A DNA stretch of 64,000 nt from Cirrosporium novae-zelandiae. Its lineage: Eukaryota. The position numbers were made by a program, and so were the translations under genes. Where the stretch lies: contig JAPETS010000005.1 of assembly GCA_026023565.1 (NCBI GenBank), forward strand, positions 558,001-622,000. The letters are read 5' to 3'. Positions 48,904 to 62,495 of this stretch are shown here, one piece after another (the stretch's first letter is position 1; every line of letters begins with the position of its first letter). The notes beneath the pieces are model-generated. The model was not told the DNA's origin. It saw only the letters and a program-made list of their open reading frames with translations, and made no database searches.

Positions 48904-49422
48904 GGCGTGAGAAGAAGAATGAGGAAATCTGGAGTGGAGGAGGGAGGGAAATTATATTTGATGTCATGCTTGTTACGAATACTTATGAGGCGTTTGGGGG
49001 AAACAAAATTGAACTGGCATAGCGAGTGTACTGTGGTATACATTCAACTATGAATTTATATTTATTGAACATGAAAATCCTTGTAACCAATATCCAAATA
49101 TCCTTCTTCTCATACAACAAAAAAAATTTCATCAATATCTGAATCCCCTCCTCATGCAACCAATGTCACCCCTTGAAATCCGTAGAACGCAAAATATTTC
49201 AAACCCTTCCCCTCCGGGTCTCTTTTATCGTCGCGTAATAGTCATTTACCGTCATCCTCAATACCCATAAATAACCCCAATATGACATTATCAAGATGCA
49301 AAGAACCACTATAGACAAAAATAGTGGAAAGCCAAGAGTAAGAAATACAACACTTCATCAAACCAGAGAAACGAAAAACTTTCACACGGGCTAATTAATT
49401 CTATGACCACATTCCAACTAAT

Positions 49423-52400
49423 CTATCCAAGGAAACCAAAAACATCAGAAGAAAGTTTTCGAGGTGACTTTTGATTTGGCTTCTGAGTCTGCTGCGCGCC
49501 GCCGACAAGAAGTTTTTTAATAATTGAGAGACTTTTTTCGCCGCTTTTCATGATGTCTCTTTCATTTTCTCGACCAGCTTCTTCCGACGGGTGCTGTTGG
49601 GCTCCAATACGTTTTCTGAATTCGAGATCACGAACCTGTTCGGTCCGAGATAATTTTCTTGGGACACTTAAATCACATGTAATGGAATGCAAGTCCGACC
49701 TCTGTTTGAAAAGGCTTCCAACCCCGATTAGGTCAAAGTTGCCGAGACTCGTTCGGAATGCTGTGGTCCCTTCGTTGGAAGCTACCGACGTCGACTGTCC
49801 AAACGAATGTAGAGTTGTCCCTTCATGGATTACGCGATCGTGTCTAGTCTGCCTTGGGAATCCAAAATTGCTGGCTATTATGCCTGAAGTGGTAGTTGAT
49901 GTAGAACATTCGTTTGCCATAGGAGAACTGGTTAACGAGGCGGGAATTCCTAGTCGCTTGTCGGGGAGAATTGATCCATATGGAATTCTTATCTCGCCGA
50001 GTATTAAGCTACCAATAGTATGGCACACAAAAGCGATGGGAGAGTCTTCTGCCATCCACGGCGATGTTGAATTGAACAGACACTGGGCGTCCCTTAATGC
50101 GATCGTGGAGATAGATTCGGATTTAGGCCGGGTGGAAAAGTCCTCTGCACCAGGTAAATAGCCCCACTTCTATTTGTTAGTATTCGGATACGTTGATTAA
50201 AGGCTTTCTGTACAACTTACCACGGTGATGGTAATATATAATGGCCCAAATTTAAGCAGACTTAATGTTGGCTCTCCAACAAACCACGTTCTTCTGTTTT
50301 CCCTATCTATCTCGGGAAAGCTTGAAATTAGGCTCCAAGGATCTTTGATTACCGGAATCAAATGGTTCCAAAGAGAATTTACTCTGGCGAGTTCTGGGTC
50401 TGCCGGGTGGTTAATGAATGGGTGGGTATTAGCAAGACCCGCAGTGTCTTCCATATCGTCATTGATGCTGCAGTGCGGCATCAAATCAATGGAAAAATCC
50501 CATCCGTCTATGTATTTTTGTAGCGGCGAATATTTACTTTTTGTTTCACTCCAGTTTTCTGTACCGTTCTCAATGCTATAGTGCGGCATCAGATCAATGG
50601 AAAAATCCCATCCTTCGATATATTTTTGTAGTGGCGAATATTTCCCTTGTGTTTCAATCCAGCTAAGGCGAGATGTCATCGGGCTTTGGGTAGAGATCGT
50701 TTCAACATCCATTCGAAGAACGTCGGAAACGCCGTTGACGCAACAAGGCTGGGGAGAGAACTTTGCTAGTAGGCCTAATGCTGTTGGCCTTGACTTTGGA
50801 TTTTCTTCCAACATCTGCCTGCAAGAGCTTGACTGCTCCGGAGTAAGTTGATAGCTATTGTCATAACCAAATTTCTCTGCTGCAAATAGGTAACATTTTG
50901 TCGTCCATTCTTGGGCAGCGTTAATATTCTTTCGGTATGGCTTCTCTTGTTTGAGTTGGGGATTTTTTCCAATCGCGAGGTGCGAATGTAATTCACTGAT
51001 TGATTTGCCGGACATAACTGTAATCATTTCGAGGAAGACACAACCCAGCGAGAAAATGTCCGCAGTCTTTCCACGAATGCCTTCACTTGCCATCTCGGGG
51101 GCAGCATACATTCTCGTCATTGGACCACCCGTGGAACCAAGGTTTTGACCATCCGAAAGGTATCTTGAGACGCCAAAGTCCGTAAAGAAGACATCATTAT
51201 CTTTCACAAGTATGTTGGCTGGCTTGAGATCGCCATGACAGATTTGGTTTCTGTGCATATACTCCAATCCAGAGACTAGACAGTTGAACCAGCCATGAAT
51301 GTTATTATAACGTGAGTCTAGGGTCGATTCCACTAAGGAGGTCGCATTCAAGAAGTCCATAAGGCTACAATCTGCAACTGGAGTCATAAGTAGTGCATGT
51401 TGACCGCCACCAGAATACCATCCGCTGAACCTCACGATATGAGGATGTTGAAGCTGCTGAAGAATATTGATTTCACGACGGAAAGACCTTTGTAGGGTAC
51501 CATACTTGTGGAGAGTAATAGAAGAATAGATCTTCCGGGCTAATGGTCGTTGTCCATCCTTGAATGTTACTTCATCTACTACCGATGAAGCTCCATAGCC
51601 AAGTATTCGTGCATGCACAAAAGGTAATGACGTTCTATCATTGAAGTAATGGTGATGATAGACAGGGCCAGGTATCGGATAGCATTGATCAACTCTTCGA
51701 GTTTTTAGAGCATGGGCGGCCTCGGAGTGTGTAACCTCGACTCGTTCTGCTTGCGTACCTTCTGGCCTGCCTGTCTGCTCAGAAGATAATGTAGGGTTAT
51801 CCTTTAACTTCTCTGCCGTTTGAGAGGAATACGATATTGGTTGAAGAGCGGAATGCATGTTGGGGTCCATACCCTCCTTGCGACTGTGCCATCTTAAACT
51901 GAACCATCTTACTGGCTTGATTACCATGTTACAATCTTCCGATCTTCCAACGGCCATATTTGATTCCAAATTGGAAGAGAGCTCCTTTGGAGAGGAACCT
52001 TGTCGGTTGACCACCTCCCCAGGATCATTACCTTGATCCATGGAATTAAGCTCATTTAGTGATTTTTGTCCATGGCCATATGAACAACACAGCTTACTTT
52101 GCTGGTTTTGTTGATTTGACTCAAGACTACACGTGGTAGGGTAATGAACAGGATCATTGAGAATGCTTGTTACCCGTGTGTCTTCTTTCGGCCCGCATTT
52201 AGTTTGAGATTCTTGCTTTTGGCAGTCAGAATGCTGGCAGGCCCAATATCCTGAGTAATGTGGGTGTGAATATGAACCGAATACTGGTTGATAGCCTAAT
52301 CCCGCTGAATCTCCACCAGATCCAGAGCAGTCTCCGTCGGGGTCAAAGCCATTGTCTGGCCAGTCGCTTGAGAAGCCAGTGGAAGGTCCAGATTCTTCAT

Positions 52401-53901
52401 TTGTGCCGTCGTCGTAGTCATTGTTATCTGGTTTGTTGTCCGAATCATCGTCTGATCCGTCTTGAGTGGCTTCGGAATCATCTTTCCATGGATCTCTCCA
52501 GCGAGACATGGTCCATGGGCCATTAGGTATTCGGTCAGTGAAGTGGTCGGCAACATGACAAATTCTATGCTGCCAGCTTTTGAAGTGTAGCCCGCAAAAT
52601 CCACATCGAGGACCGAAATTGTTTGGTAAAGGCACACGCCATTCTTCTGCCAAGCTCTTCCAATTTTCGGAAAGGGGTTTCGTATGTAAATGGTCCAGAT
52701 GTTGTTTCAAATGCTGGGCACGGTAGAATACCCTTCCTCCATTTCCAGACTTTACTTCCTTTTCACAGCAAGGGGCCTTTCCTTTGTGTTTATCGAGGAA
52801 ATGTTCCTCACTGGGGTTCTCTTCACCGCAGAATGTGCATTGGTTGTTCCAAACGCGGCCGAGGTCGCAAACAAATCCGGTTTGAGGCCGATTGATCTCT
52901 TCGTGCTTTCTCCAATCGTCTTTATCTTTGAAGGTTTGACCACACAGAGAGGTACACGAATAGGGCTTTTTAGGATCGTGTTCTTTCCTTCTAGCCTCCT
53001 CCTTATTTTTCTTTTTGGTACACTTATCTCTGAAGACTGCATGCTCCATGATTACACGCTCATGAATGTCAGAAGTTCCATAGGCTGAATCCCTCTCAGC
53101 AGCATCCTGTACTTGTTGTTGGAACCAATCTCGTACAGTATCTACTGGAGTATCCGTGAGAAGAGCAAACCCTTGCAGCTGCTTATCGGTCGGAACAGTT
53201 CCAGGGTTGGCCTGAATCCAGTGCTGAAATTGGGAAAGAGCTTGATCTGAAATCTGGCTCCTAATAGGTTGGTAGACGGCATTGTCTACTGCTAATCGAG
53301 CTCGCTTCTGTGAGGGCCCTGGGGGTGATGAACTCAGATGTCGCTTCTGTGGGCGGGGATGAGAAGGATCATTTGCTAGAACGGTTGTTGAAGGTCTTCC
53401 TAAGAAGTTGTTTCTAGGAGAAATATGGGAGAGATCCATCAAAGGATCATCGAACCCAGTAGGTGGGAAGTTGATAAGAATGTTATCAGCATAACCAGCC
53501 GAACTCTGTGGGAAGTTTGCAGTATAGGTCGGCTGAAGTTGATTAGATTGATATGAATTGGAGAAATCACAATTCAAGTCAAGGCCGGAATTGAATGGGG
53601 TTGATAATGAGGAGTCTGTCGTTAAATATTGCGGGTCGATGAAGTCCGTAGCATAACCAAGATCGGTAGAGGTATTAGCCTTTTTGAAGTTAATGTCCCT
53701 CATCGCAATATTTATACGTGGGTTATCATGTACACTTAGCGGTTGAGGTTGAGAAACATTGGATACGTATTGTGAAGGGCCAGATTCATTCGCACCATTG
53801 AGTTCCTGCGGGAATGAACCATACAAGTCGAAGTCTTGAGTGACGCCAGCAGGGCACATACCATCATCGAACGGGCAGCTTTCTGGGTTGAAATAAGCCA
53901 T
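49423..53901 (-). CDS. Homeodomain-like + C2H2 zinc finger + Ser/Thr protein kinase fusion (about 1475 aa)
   Basis: 1227-codon exon plus phase-0 intron 50170..50220 into ORF 49423. HD-like FQHWIQANPGTVPTDKQLQGFALLTDTPVDTVRDWFQQ; fingers CTSLCGQTF..WRKHE and CGFCGLHF..RICHVADHF; kinase LGYGASSVV, ARK, HGDLKPANIL, DFG, YAAPE, DIFSLG. Confidence 0.85.
50462..50646 (-). repeat. Internal duplication with 111-nt period
   Basis: KYSPLQKYIEGWDFSIDLMPHYSI / KYSPLQKYIDGWDFSIDLMPHCSI. Confidence 0.9.
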
Positions 53902-56015
53902 GTTAGAATGATGCCGTGGTCTGCAGTGTTGATTAATAATTTTGATATTTCTACCCGTTATTTTGGCGGGGACCTCGAATGGTCGAGCAAATGGCTCCTT
54001 GCACTTTGGAGATTGACTGACTCCGTGTTAACAAAGACGTTTGTGATATGCTCAAAAAAAAGAATTGTCTACTGTCTACTTCTCTCAAGGGAGTTCTCCC
54101 GTTAATGTTCTCTTGTCATCGAAGGGCTGTGAGAAATCGGTAGGGCGGGCTGCGCATTTAGTGTTCCTTGGACGTATGGAAATTTTCCGAGATTTTACGG
54201 TATAGATTTCATAGCGCTAAAACATTTAGTATGACTATAGCCGATAGGAGAGCATTTCTCCGTCCGTGATTCGTCAGAATGTTTCTCGAAAAATACGGGC
54301 ACGGAAATTAGGTGTAACGACATTCAATACTGTATATTTCACTAGGACTCTTGGAAACACAACTTTTCAGCAAGCGGGATAGTTGACCAATTATTAACTG
54401 CGAATTGATGACTTGTGAGTCATAGGCTGTGCAGGGTCAAAGTTGTGGCTGCAAGGCTGACTGCTGTAAAATACAACTTCCAGGGTGGCTCAGCTCTCTC
54501 AAAACTCCGAGTCAAAAGGTTCAATTGATGGAATGACCTCTTGGTAGGTAACCACCCTTCTGTGAACGGTGGAGGGGAATGGTCATTTAACTACCTGGAC
54601 ATTTTCAGACTGGCCGACGTCGGAGCAAACTACCATGATAGCTTTAGGATAATATCAATAATAAGATTTGAATCAACCCAGATGCACCGTAATCATTAGA
54701 TATATGTAAAGTAGTAGATGAATGAATATCTTTATCTATCCTGCCCATCTACTTGCCTACTCTGTAAATGTCTCAGTGATATTTTTCGACAATATTGTTC
54801 CGGGACTAACCATTTCTAGAGAGCCGTGTCGAGATGGCTATAAATGGTTAGGTCTTCTTTCTGACCAAGGATGGATTGAACATCAGAACTACAAGTACTC
54901 AGTATCTTTATCAAAACGTCAAACCACCTGGTTCAGACCTTCCAGAATATCACCTTTTCCCCATGATAAGGATTGATAGTTTGCACCTATTTCTCCTAGA
55001 AGTTTGATATTTGTATTACGACTCCTACAAACAACCCTTTAATCCGATAGCTATTTTTGACCTATCATATGTCTTCATATTCGCCAAGCGAGAGAGAAAA
55101 AGCTCTGACACCAGCCAATACCTCTCTTGGCTTCCTAATGGTTCAATCATACAACGATCGTTTATCGTTGCAATTTACACATTCGGCATATTCGGAAACT
55201 TCAATTGATTGTCAGATAATTGAAAGTTTGGCGGCTCTAACGGAACCTGAAGATCTGAAAGCTTTTGCTAAATGCTTGGTGATCTTGGTATTCTTGGTGT
55301 TCTTGGTGATGCTTGGTGATGCTTGTTTAGCTGATGGAATTACACATAAGAATAGGCTAAAGATGAAACTAATGCAGACCCATGTGGAAGGGCGTAAAAA
55401 GGCTGAAAAAAACAAAAAAAACCGAAAAACAAAAACAAAAGAAAGCGTCTCCTAGATGTCCCGCAGTGGTTCCGCATGAACTAACTTACCTAGGTCCTTC
55501 ATCGTTAACATGATTGATTACTCCAGAGAGCTGGATGACTATGGACCGAATCCCAGGGTTTCGAACCATCGTCATCTTTTTACCTTTAGTCTTACTCTTT
55601 GCCGTTACTCGATAGCTACTCCATGATTGGCCGGCCCCAAATACTTCCCCAATTCAACATTGACTGATAGCCATTTCCTGATCAATTCTATTTGACAGCT
55701 TATCATATTTTCTCCATCAGGCAATGGAGTCTCCCATACTTATCAGTAACTACGAGTATGGATTTCGATTAACTCACTTTCCCTGCGCTGACGGCGAGCT
55801 CCAGATCCAATGATCCACTGGGGGCTTCCAAAACACTGATCTACTCAAATTTGTGCCATGCATATTTCGCCTCCATGACACAACTGTCAGACACCCCCTC
55901 CCGCATACGATATCGCTCTTATATAAGACAGAGCAATATGCCCTGGCTTATATATATCGCAGTTCTCACCCATTGCCCTTGAAGCTCGTTGAAGATCACC
56001 TCGCCAATATTCAAC

Positions 56016-58023
56016 ATGTCGTCGCAAGATCCCACTTCAGAAATAGAGCCTCGAAAGCCTTCTATCTCAATTAATCCTGAGCTAGCCAGCAGTGAAGATG
56101 CTGCTGTGTTGGGTATGCCACAACCCAAAAACCCCGAATTCACCTCAATCGTATGCAAAGCTAATCAATAATGTTACCCACTCACAGCGGATCTGGGTTA
56201 CAAGCAAGAACTTCGACGGAACTTTACCATGGCTGAAGTGTTTGGCATCGCTTTCAGTATTATGGGATTGGTACCTTCGATCGCCTCCACATTAGCATAC
56301 AGTCTTCCGGCAGGACCTGTGGGACTGGTTTGGGTTAGTCGAAATGGTTGCAAACTTGAGTAAGAATACAAATATTAACATTGGGGCAGGGATGGTTCGT
56401 GGCTAGTGGCTTCATCTTCTTCGTTGGTCTTGCCATGGTACGGAGTGTCTATCTTCTGCTAGTTGGAATTATACTGATATATCTCAGGCTGATTTGGGAT
56501 CTGCTATGCCTACTTCCGGTGGTCTGTACTGGTGGACTCATTACTTTTCCTCTCCTAAAACTAGGAATCCCTTAAGTTTTTTGGTCGGTTATAGTAATAC
56601 ACTGTGAGTCCTGTCTTGAAACTCGGCACCAAGCCAATGGCTAAATAAATAAATCTAGCGGTCTTGTCGGTGGTCTTTGCTCGATCGATTATGGATTCTC
56701 TCTCATGTTCCTTTCGCTTATTGTGATCGCTCGAGACGGAAACTGGTCGCCCTCTAATGGGGTTATCTACGTAACATTTCTAGCCTGTGTTGCTTGCCAT
56801 GCGGTGTTGTCTACCTGCCTCTCAAAGGTCATGGGAAAGCTCCAGTCGGCTTTTGTGATATTGAATCTCGTTCTCATCCTCGCCACCGTCATTGCCCTTC
56901 CCATTGGCGCCAAGGATCGTCGTAATGACGCTCAATATATTTTTGGCCATATGGAGAATCTGACCAATTGGCCGTCAGGGTGGACTTTTATGCTCTCATG
57001 GCTTTCCCCAATTTGGACGATTGGTTCTTTTGATAGTTGTGTGCATATGAGTGAAGAAGCTGCCAATGCGACCAAGGCTGTACCGTACGGCATTCTAATG
57101 TCAATTGGTGCATGCTGGAGTCTCGGTTGGATTATCTGCATTGTTATTGCTGCTACCATGAGCACAGATATTGCTTCACTCACTGGAAGCGTTTATGGAC
57201 AACCCATGGCACAGGTCAGTACCTGCCTTTCCTCTCAATAATGAAACTTTGTTTCGAAAGGCTAATAGAACCTTTCTAGATATATTATGATGCTCTCGGC
57301 AAGCATGGTGCTCTCGGTTTGATGGCACTTCTCGCGATAACTCAGTTTTTCATGGGGATGTCAATTCTTGTCGCAGCTTCTCGACAGAGCTGGGCTTTTT
57401 CAAGAGATGGCGCTCTTCCATTCTCTAGTTTCTTCCGTCAAGTCTCAAAAACATTCAAGTATACTCCCGTAAGAGCAGTTTGGGGATGTGCTTTCTGTGC
57501 TGCAGTAATTGGTTTGCTCACACTCATTGACGAGGCAGCTGCAACGGCCGTCTTTTCCTTGGCTGTAGCTGGTAACAATCTCGCCTGGGGGGTGCCAATT
57601 TTCTCCAGGTTAGTATGGGGCCAAAGCAAATTCAAGCCCGGCCCATTTTACACTGGAAAATTTTCGGCGCCAATTGGGTGGATTGCAATAGTTTTCCTGA
57701 TATTTGGAATTGTGAGTATTGAGTATCTCTTTCAATAAGTACTTGCTAATGACTTTCAGGCATTGTCAATGTTCCCAACCACAGGTCCTAATCCAACACC
57801 ATCAGACATGAATTATACGGTTGTTATTAACTGTGCTGTCTGGATTGGTTCTCTGACATACTATTTCGTTGATGCGAGGAAATGGTTCACTGGACCTAAG
57901 ATTACCATCGAGGAAGGTACATTGTCAGAGGAACAAGAGAGTGCAATTAAGGACGAAGGGTTGGATGTTGCACAGATTGGGCCAGAAAAAGAAAAGATGG
58001 CCGAAGCCAACCTAGACGTTTAA
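56016..58023 (+). CDS. Amino acid/polyamine (APC) permease, GABA permease (Uga4/GabA)-like
   Basis: LGYKQELRRNFTMAEVFGIAFSIMG, SAMPTSGGLYWW, FDSCVHMSEEA, SRQSWAFSRDGALP, DMNY, ARKWFTGP; six introns. Confidence 0.9.
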
Positions 58024-58716
58024 ATCTTTCTCGAGGGGACGCTAGGTTACTTATATAGAGCCGGATCCCCGATGTAAAACCACAATCAGAAATGCTTATC
58101 TACTCATAATTAATTATCTTATAGTTTTTCACCTATCTTGTTCAGTCTCACTCCACTTTCAGCCCCCACTTTCAATTGATATCCTTGAGACCCTTCAAGG
58201 TAACTCTTGACGATTCTTCCCACAACTTGCCTCATTTCATGCCATTTTTTTTTAAGAAATTCTCATATTAATGCTCTTGGTTGATAAACAATCAAGCCTT
58301 TTCTTTTCCTGGGTCTGAAATGTACTTACGAAGAACCTCTCAACTGCCAGAATTAGCCCCACGCATTGTGTAATACTTATCACGATAAGAGGGCTTTCCC
58401 GCGGTCTATGATCATTGTCGTTCCCTTATCAAAGCTCCCTGCAAGTCCTATCAGACCTCAATGTCTGTAGTGCACGTCATAGGCCTAAGGTCGGGTTACG
58501 CTCGGTGTTGCACGTTCGATCATCGTCGAAGTATTTGAGACAATTGATAGGAAATATACTGCAAACTCCGAAAACTTACTGATAGGCATGTCTTTTATTT
58601 AGATGCCCATCTTCTCTATTTTTGTGTCTGCGGTTATTCGAGCCTTCTCTCGACCTTTCCAGCGATACTATAAACTTCAAGATTCCATCGGGACCTTTCG
58701 TTGAGATACTACGATC

Positions 58717-60505
58717 ATGGAGTCTGAACCAGAGACGATGGATGGATCGACCTTCATCCCCGGAACAGTTCACCTGGTTGATCTTGAAGGGACAATGCAT
58801 ACGAAGCATGCTTCAGGTGGACATCGCGATATTGGTATTTAACACTGCGTACTTCTGTTATTCTACTATAATTCAATCATGTGCTAATGAGTATTTGATT
58901 AGTTTTGGTTCCTACCCCTTCCAATGATCCCAACGACCCGCTCAATTGGTCACCTCGGAGGAAACTTCTCTCTACAACCTGCATGTGTGTTTATACGCTC
59001 ATGGTTGGTATTGCCTCCGCATTAATATATTCTGTTGAAACTCCAATCACCGAAGCAACGGAATTGACACTCGACAACTTGAACTCAGGAACTGGGTACT
59101 TATTCTTGTTAGCAGGATGGGGTTGCTTGTTCTGGCAGCCAATAGCGCTGCAGTATGGGAAGCGCCCGGTTTATCTTATATCAACCCTGGCAAACACGGC
59201 TATTCAGATATGGGCTCCTCATACTAAGACGAATGGGCAATGGATTGCAAAGAATATATTGCAGGGCTTTTTTAGTGCACCGATAGAATCTCTTTGTGAG
59301 ATCTCTATAACGGATCTCTACTTCACCCATGAGCGAGGATTCTACATGGCGCTTTACGCGTTGTTCTTAGCTGGAAGCAACTTTCTAGCCCCCATCTTGG
59401 CAGGTAAGAATTTAATTATACGGTTATCTTTAGAAGTCTCTAAATCGCGAGAATAGGATTTATCAATGATGGCCAAGGGTGGCAATGGGTACTTTACTGG
59501 GGAGGAATTTTCTGCGGCATTGGCTTCGTATTTCTATTCTTCTTCATGGAAGAGACGAACTATCACCGGGCTCTTACCACCAATTTCATCAGTTCAAGCG
59601 GTAATCAAACGCCGTCTCCACAGGCCCATACTTCCCCAGAGGTTATTGATGAAAAGAAAGTGGCACCAGAAATGGAGCAATGCACTTTGAACGACACAGA
59701 GACTGGTATTGCTCAATCCTACAAGGAAAAGACATACCTTCAGAAGATTGCACTTTTTCAGAAAGCAGATCTTGGACAGCCGAACCGCCTACTAGGAATG
59801 GTGCAGCGCCCTCTTATCTTCCTCACCTTCCCAGTCATATTTTTCAGTGGTTTCTCCTACGGGTCGTACCTTGTGTGGTTCAACGTTCTCAATGGTACTA
59901 GTTCTCTCATACTAGGAAATTCTCCATACAATTTCAAGTCTAGTATGGTTGGGTTAAGCTACATCTCTACTCTACTTGGAGTAATCGTTGCAGCTATTTA
60001 TACTGGAAAGTTTGGAGACTGGTTCATGATCCGCTTGGCGAGAAAGAGAAATGGCATTATGGAGCCGGAATATCGTCTTTGGCTTTTTGGCTTCTGTGTT
60101 GTGGCTCTGCCCTTTGGTCTTATTCTGTGGGGTGTCGGTGCTGCTCATCATGTCCACTGGTTTGGTCTCCTGTTTGCGATGGGGGTAATAGCGTGTTGCA
60201 ATACGATCGGGATCACACTGTCCGTTAACTACTGTATCGATAGCTATCGTGACTTGAGTGGGGAGGCAATTATCACGGTTATTGTGGTTAGAAACACGAT
60301 GAGTTTCGCCATAGGCTATGGCTTAACTCCATGGGTTACCGACATGGGGTACCAAAATGCGTTCATCGTTGCGGCATTCATAGGGCTGGCGCAAGCACTT
60401 ACGTTCTTGGTATTCGTCAAATATGGCAAGACGCTTCGGAAGCGTAGCATAGCAAGATATTGGAAGTATGTAAAGGAGATTGAGAAAGCTGGTCTCAAGC
60501 ATTAA
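58717..60505 (+). CDS. MFS transporter, Hol1-like
   Basis: IPGTVHLVD..|LVPTPSNDPNDPLNW, YGKRPVYL, DLYFTHERG, MEETNY, GIMEPEYRL, YCIDSY, VRNTMSF; two introns. Confidence 0.88.
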
Positions 60506-60816
60506 GGGAAGAAATTATACAGAAACCCACGACCGTTAAAATAGACTGGAGGATTTGTACGGATGAAGTGATATTTATGGAAGCTTGAAATTGCATAGCA
60601 TATCTAGAAGATATAGAGATATAGACACGAAGCCACTCCTAGAATCAATTTCAAATGTCATCAAAAGTTGACCAACGTCTCTTAAGTAATATGTTGGGTC
60701 AGTTGATGGTCATCGGCTATTGACGTAGCTCCGAACTGAACAAGGCAAACCACCGAGTCCCTAGGACAAAATCTAAAATTCGACTCTCATTCGACCTCAA
60801 CCATCAAAAATTCAAC

Positions 60817-61500
60817 ATGGAACGACGCATGGTATCTATACCTTCTTTTTCTTTTTGTGAAAAAACATTAAGTGGAATTATCTGCTTATATTATTATAGC
60901 TTTCAAAAGAAGATGAAGCCGGCGTGGGTACAGAAAATGAAGTGCGGCAAGAGGATCAAGAAAGGATCAATCGGTTTAGTCGGTTGCATTCGCGGGAGGC
61001 AACCATTGAGGAGGAACTGAAAGTCAAGCAGGTTTGTATTTGATACTGGACCTTATTATTTTTTTAATCGAAGAATCATGAGACTGATTTCGGAATGCGC
61101 TGGTGCAGAAGGAGAAGGAAGATTTAGAGGATGTCGGGAACGAAGTGATGCTTGCTGATGAGGATGAACTAATACCGTAAGTCAGATAAGACATGCTATT
61201 TGGTCTCTCACCACTTTCACAGTACTCTTCCTTCGCCTTTGAAGATCTATCCATATGAAACACCATGAAACAAAGCTCCGTAAACAAGGTCTAACTTCTA
61301 CTAGCTACAAAATCGGCGATTCTTTTATCTCTCTCCCTGCCTCAGAGGTCCAAGAGATGTTGAGCAAGTCAACTGAGGATATTGAGCAAGAGGTCACTAA
61401 GCTAGAGGAGAAACTGGACAAGATGAGGGAGGAGATGAGTAGCCTGAAAGTAGAGCTGTATGGAAGGTTTGGTAGGAGTATCAACTTGGAGACCAGCTGA
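60817..61500 (+). CDS. GIM3: Prefoldin subunit 4
   Basis: MERRM|LSKEDE..EVRQEDQERINRFSRLH..|KEKEDLED..|YKIGDSF..LYGRFGRSINLET; three introns. Confidence 0.92.
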
Positions 61501-62495
61501 TCCCTTGTACTCTTTGCCTCACTTCACTATATCTTCCGTGGATGGCTTTCTACTGGTGATTGGGAATTCTAGATGCATTTTCACGACCAGAATGATGGGA
61601 CGAATTCAGTCCCTGTCGACATGCGCCCTGGGTTGAAGACAGGATGATATGAGAAAATCAACAATACATGTGCATGATAACCCCAGATTCAGCAGAGAAG
61701 ACCTTTTTCATGCCTTTTTCATTGATTTTGGCCCCAATCTTTCAACTGATGGTTAAGCAAGCCCTATCAGCGGGCGAGCATCTGGTTTTGTCCAGCCAAA
61801 CCCTATGGACCGTTCACGCCGTTCAACCGAAGGTAATAGCCGACAAGCCAATTGCCGTCGAAGAGTACCGGGACCCTTGCGATTGAATCAACAAAGTTGA
61901 CCTGCCGTTGTTTTAGCGTTTTCTTGGGCCTGTTCTTAGGCTTCTTCGGCTTAGTACCCGCCCAGCTAAGAGACTAGTACAGCTCATGGGTAGCCTACGC
62001 CACGCCGGAGTACCCCCTGGGCCCCACTTTACAAGGTAAAACGATTTCGTTTCCTTCGATAATCTTCAATTCTATGTCTTGATTAGCCGTCTTTGCCGTT
62101 CCAACCAATAACTTGTAATATTGAATCAGCAACATGCACAGATTGCTCATCTATCAACGATCTTTGGACGCTTTTCGGTCCATAAACTACTACCCAAGGC
62201 ATAATGCCTAACCCAAGGTCATCTGGGAGGCGGGTCTCTGCCGGTTCCTCATCATTATCAAGACTCATTGGTAGCATCTTTAAATTTCTTAGGCTTTCTA
62301 TTCCAATTCCTCATTGCCCTCGTACGATTCCTCATTTCCTCATTTCCTCATTCCTATTCTCTATTTATTTTTTTCCTTGTCTATTTTTATGTTGATAGAT
62401 ATAAAACGGCTGCATATCTTCATTTCCTGGTTATAGAGTTTTACGATATACGATTTTATGTCTGGAATACTTTTAAGATCATTTGAAAAATCATA

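Noticed and set aside
54722..55455. ORFs 54722..54976 and 55057..55455
   Set aside because: No motifs; the longer ORF relies on a TTG start, a short CTTGGT repeat and an A-rich tail.
55540..55580. GGTTCGAAACC resembling a tRNA T-loop
   Set aside because: The T-stem does not pair and no cloverleaf can be built.
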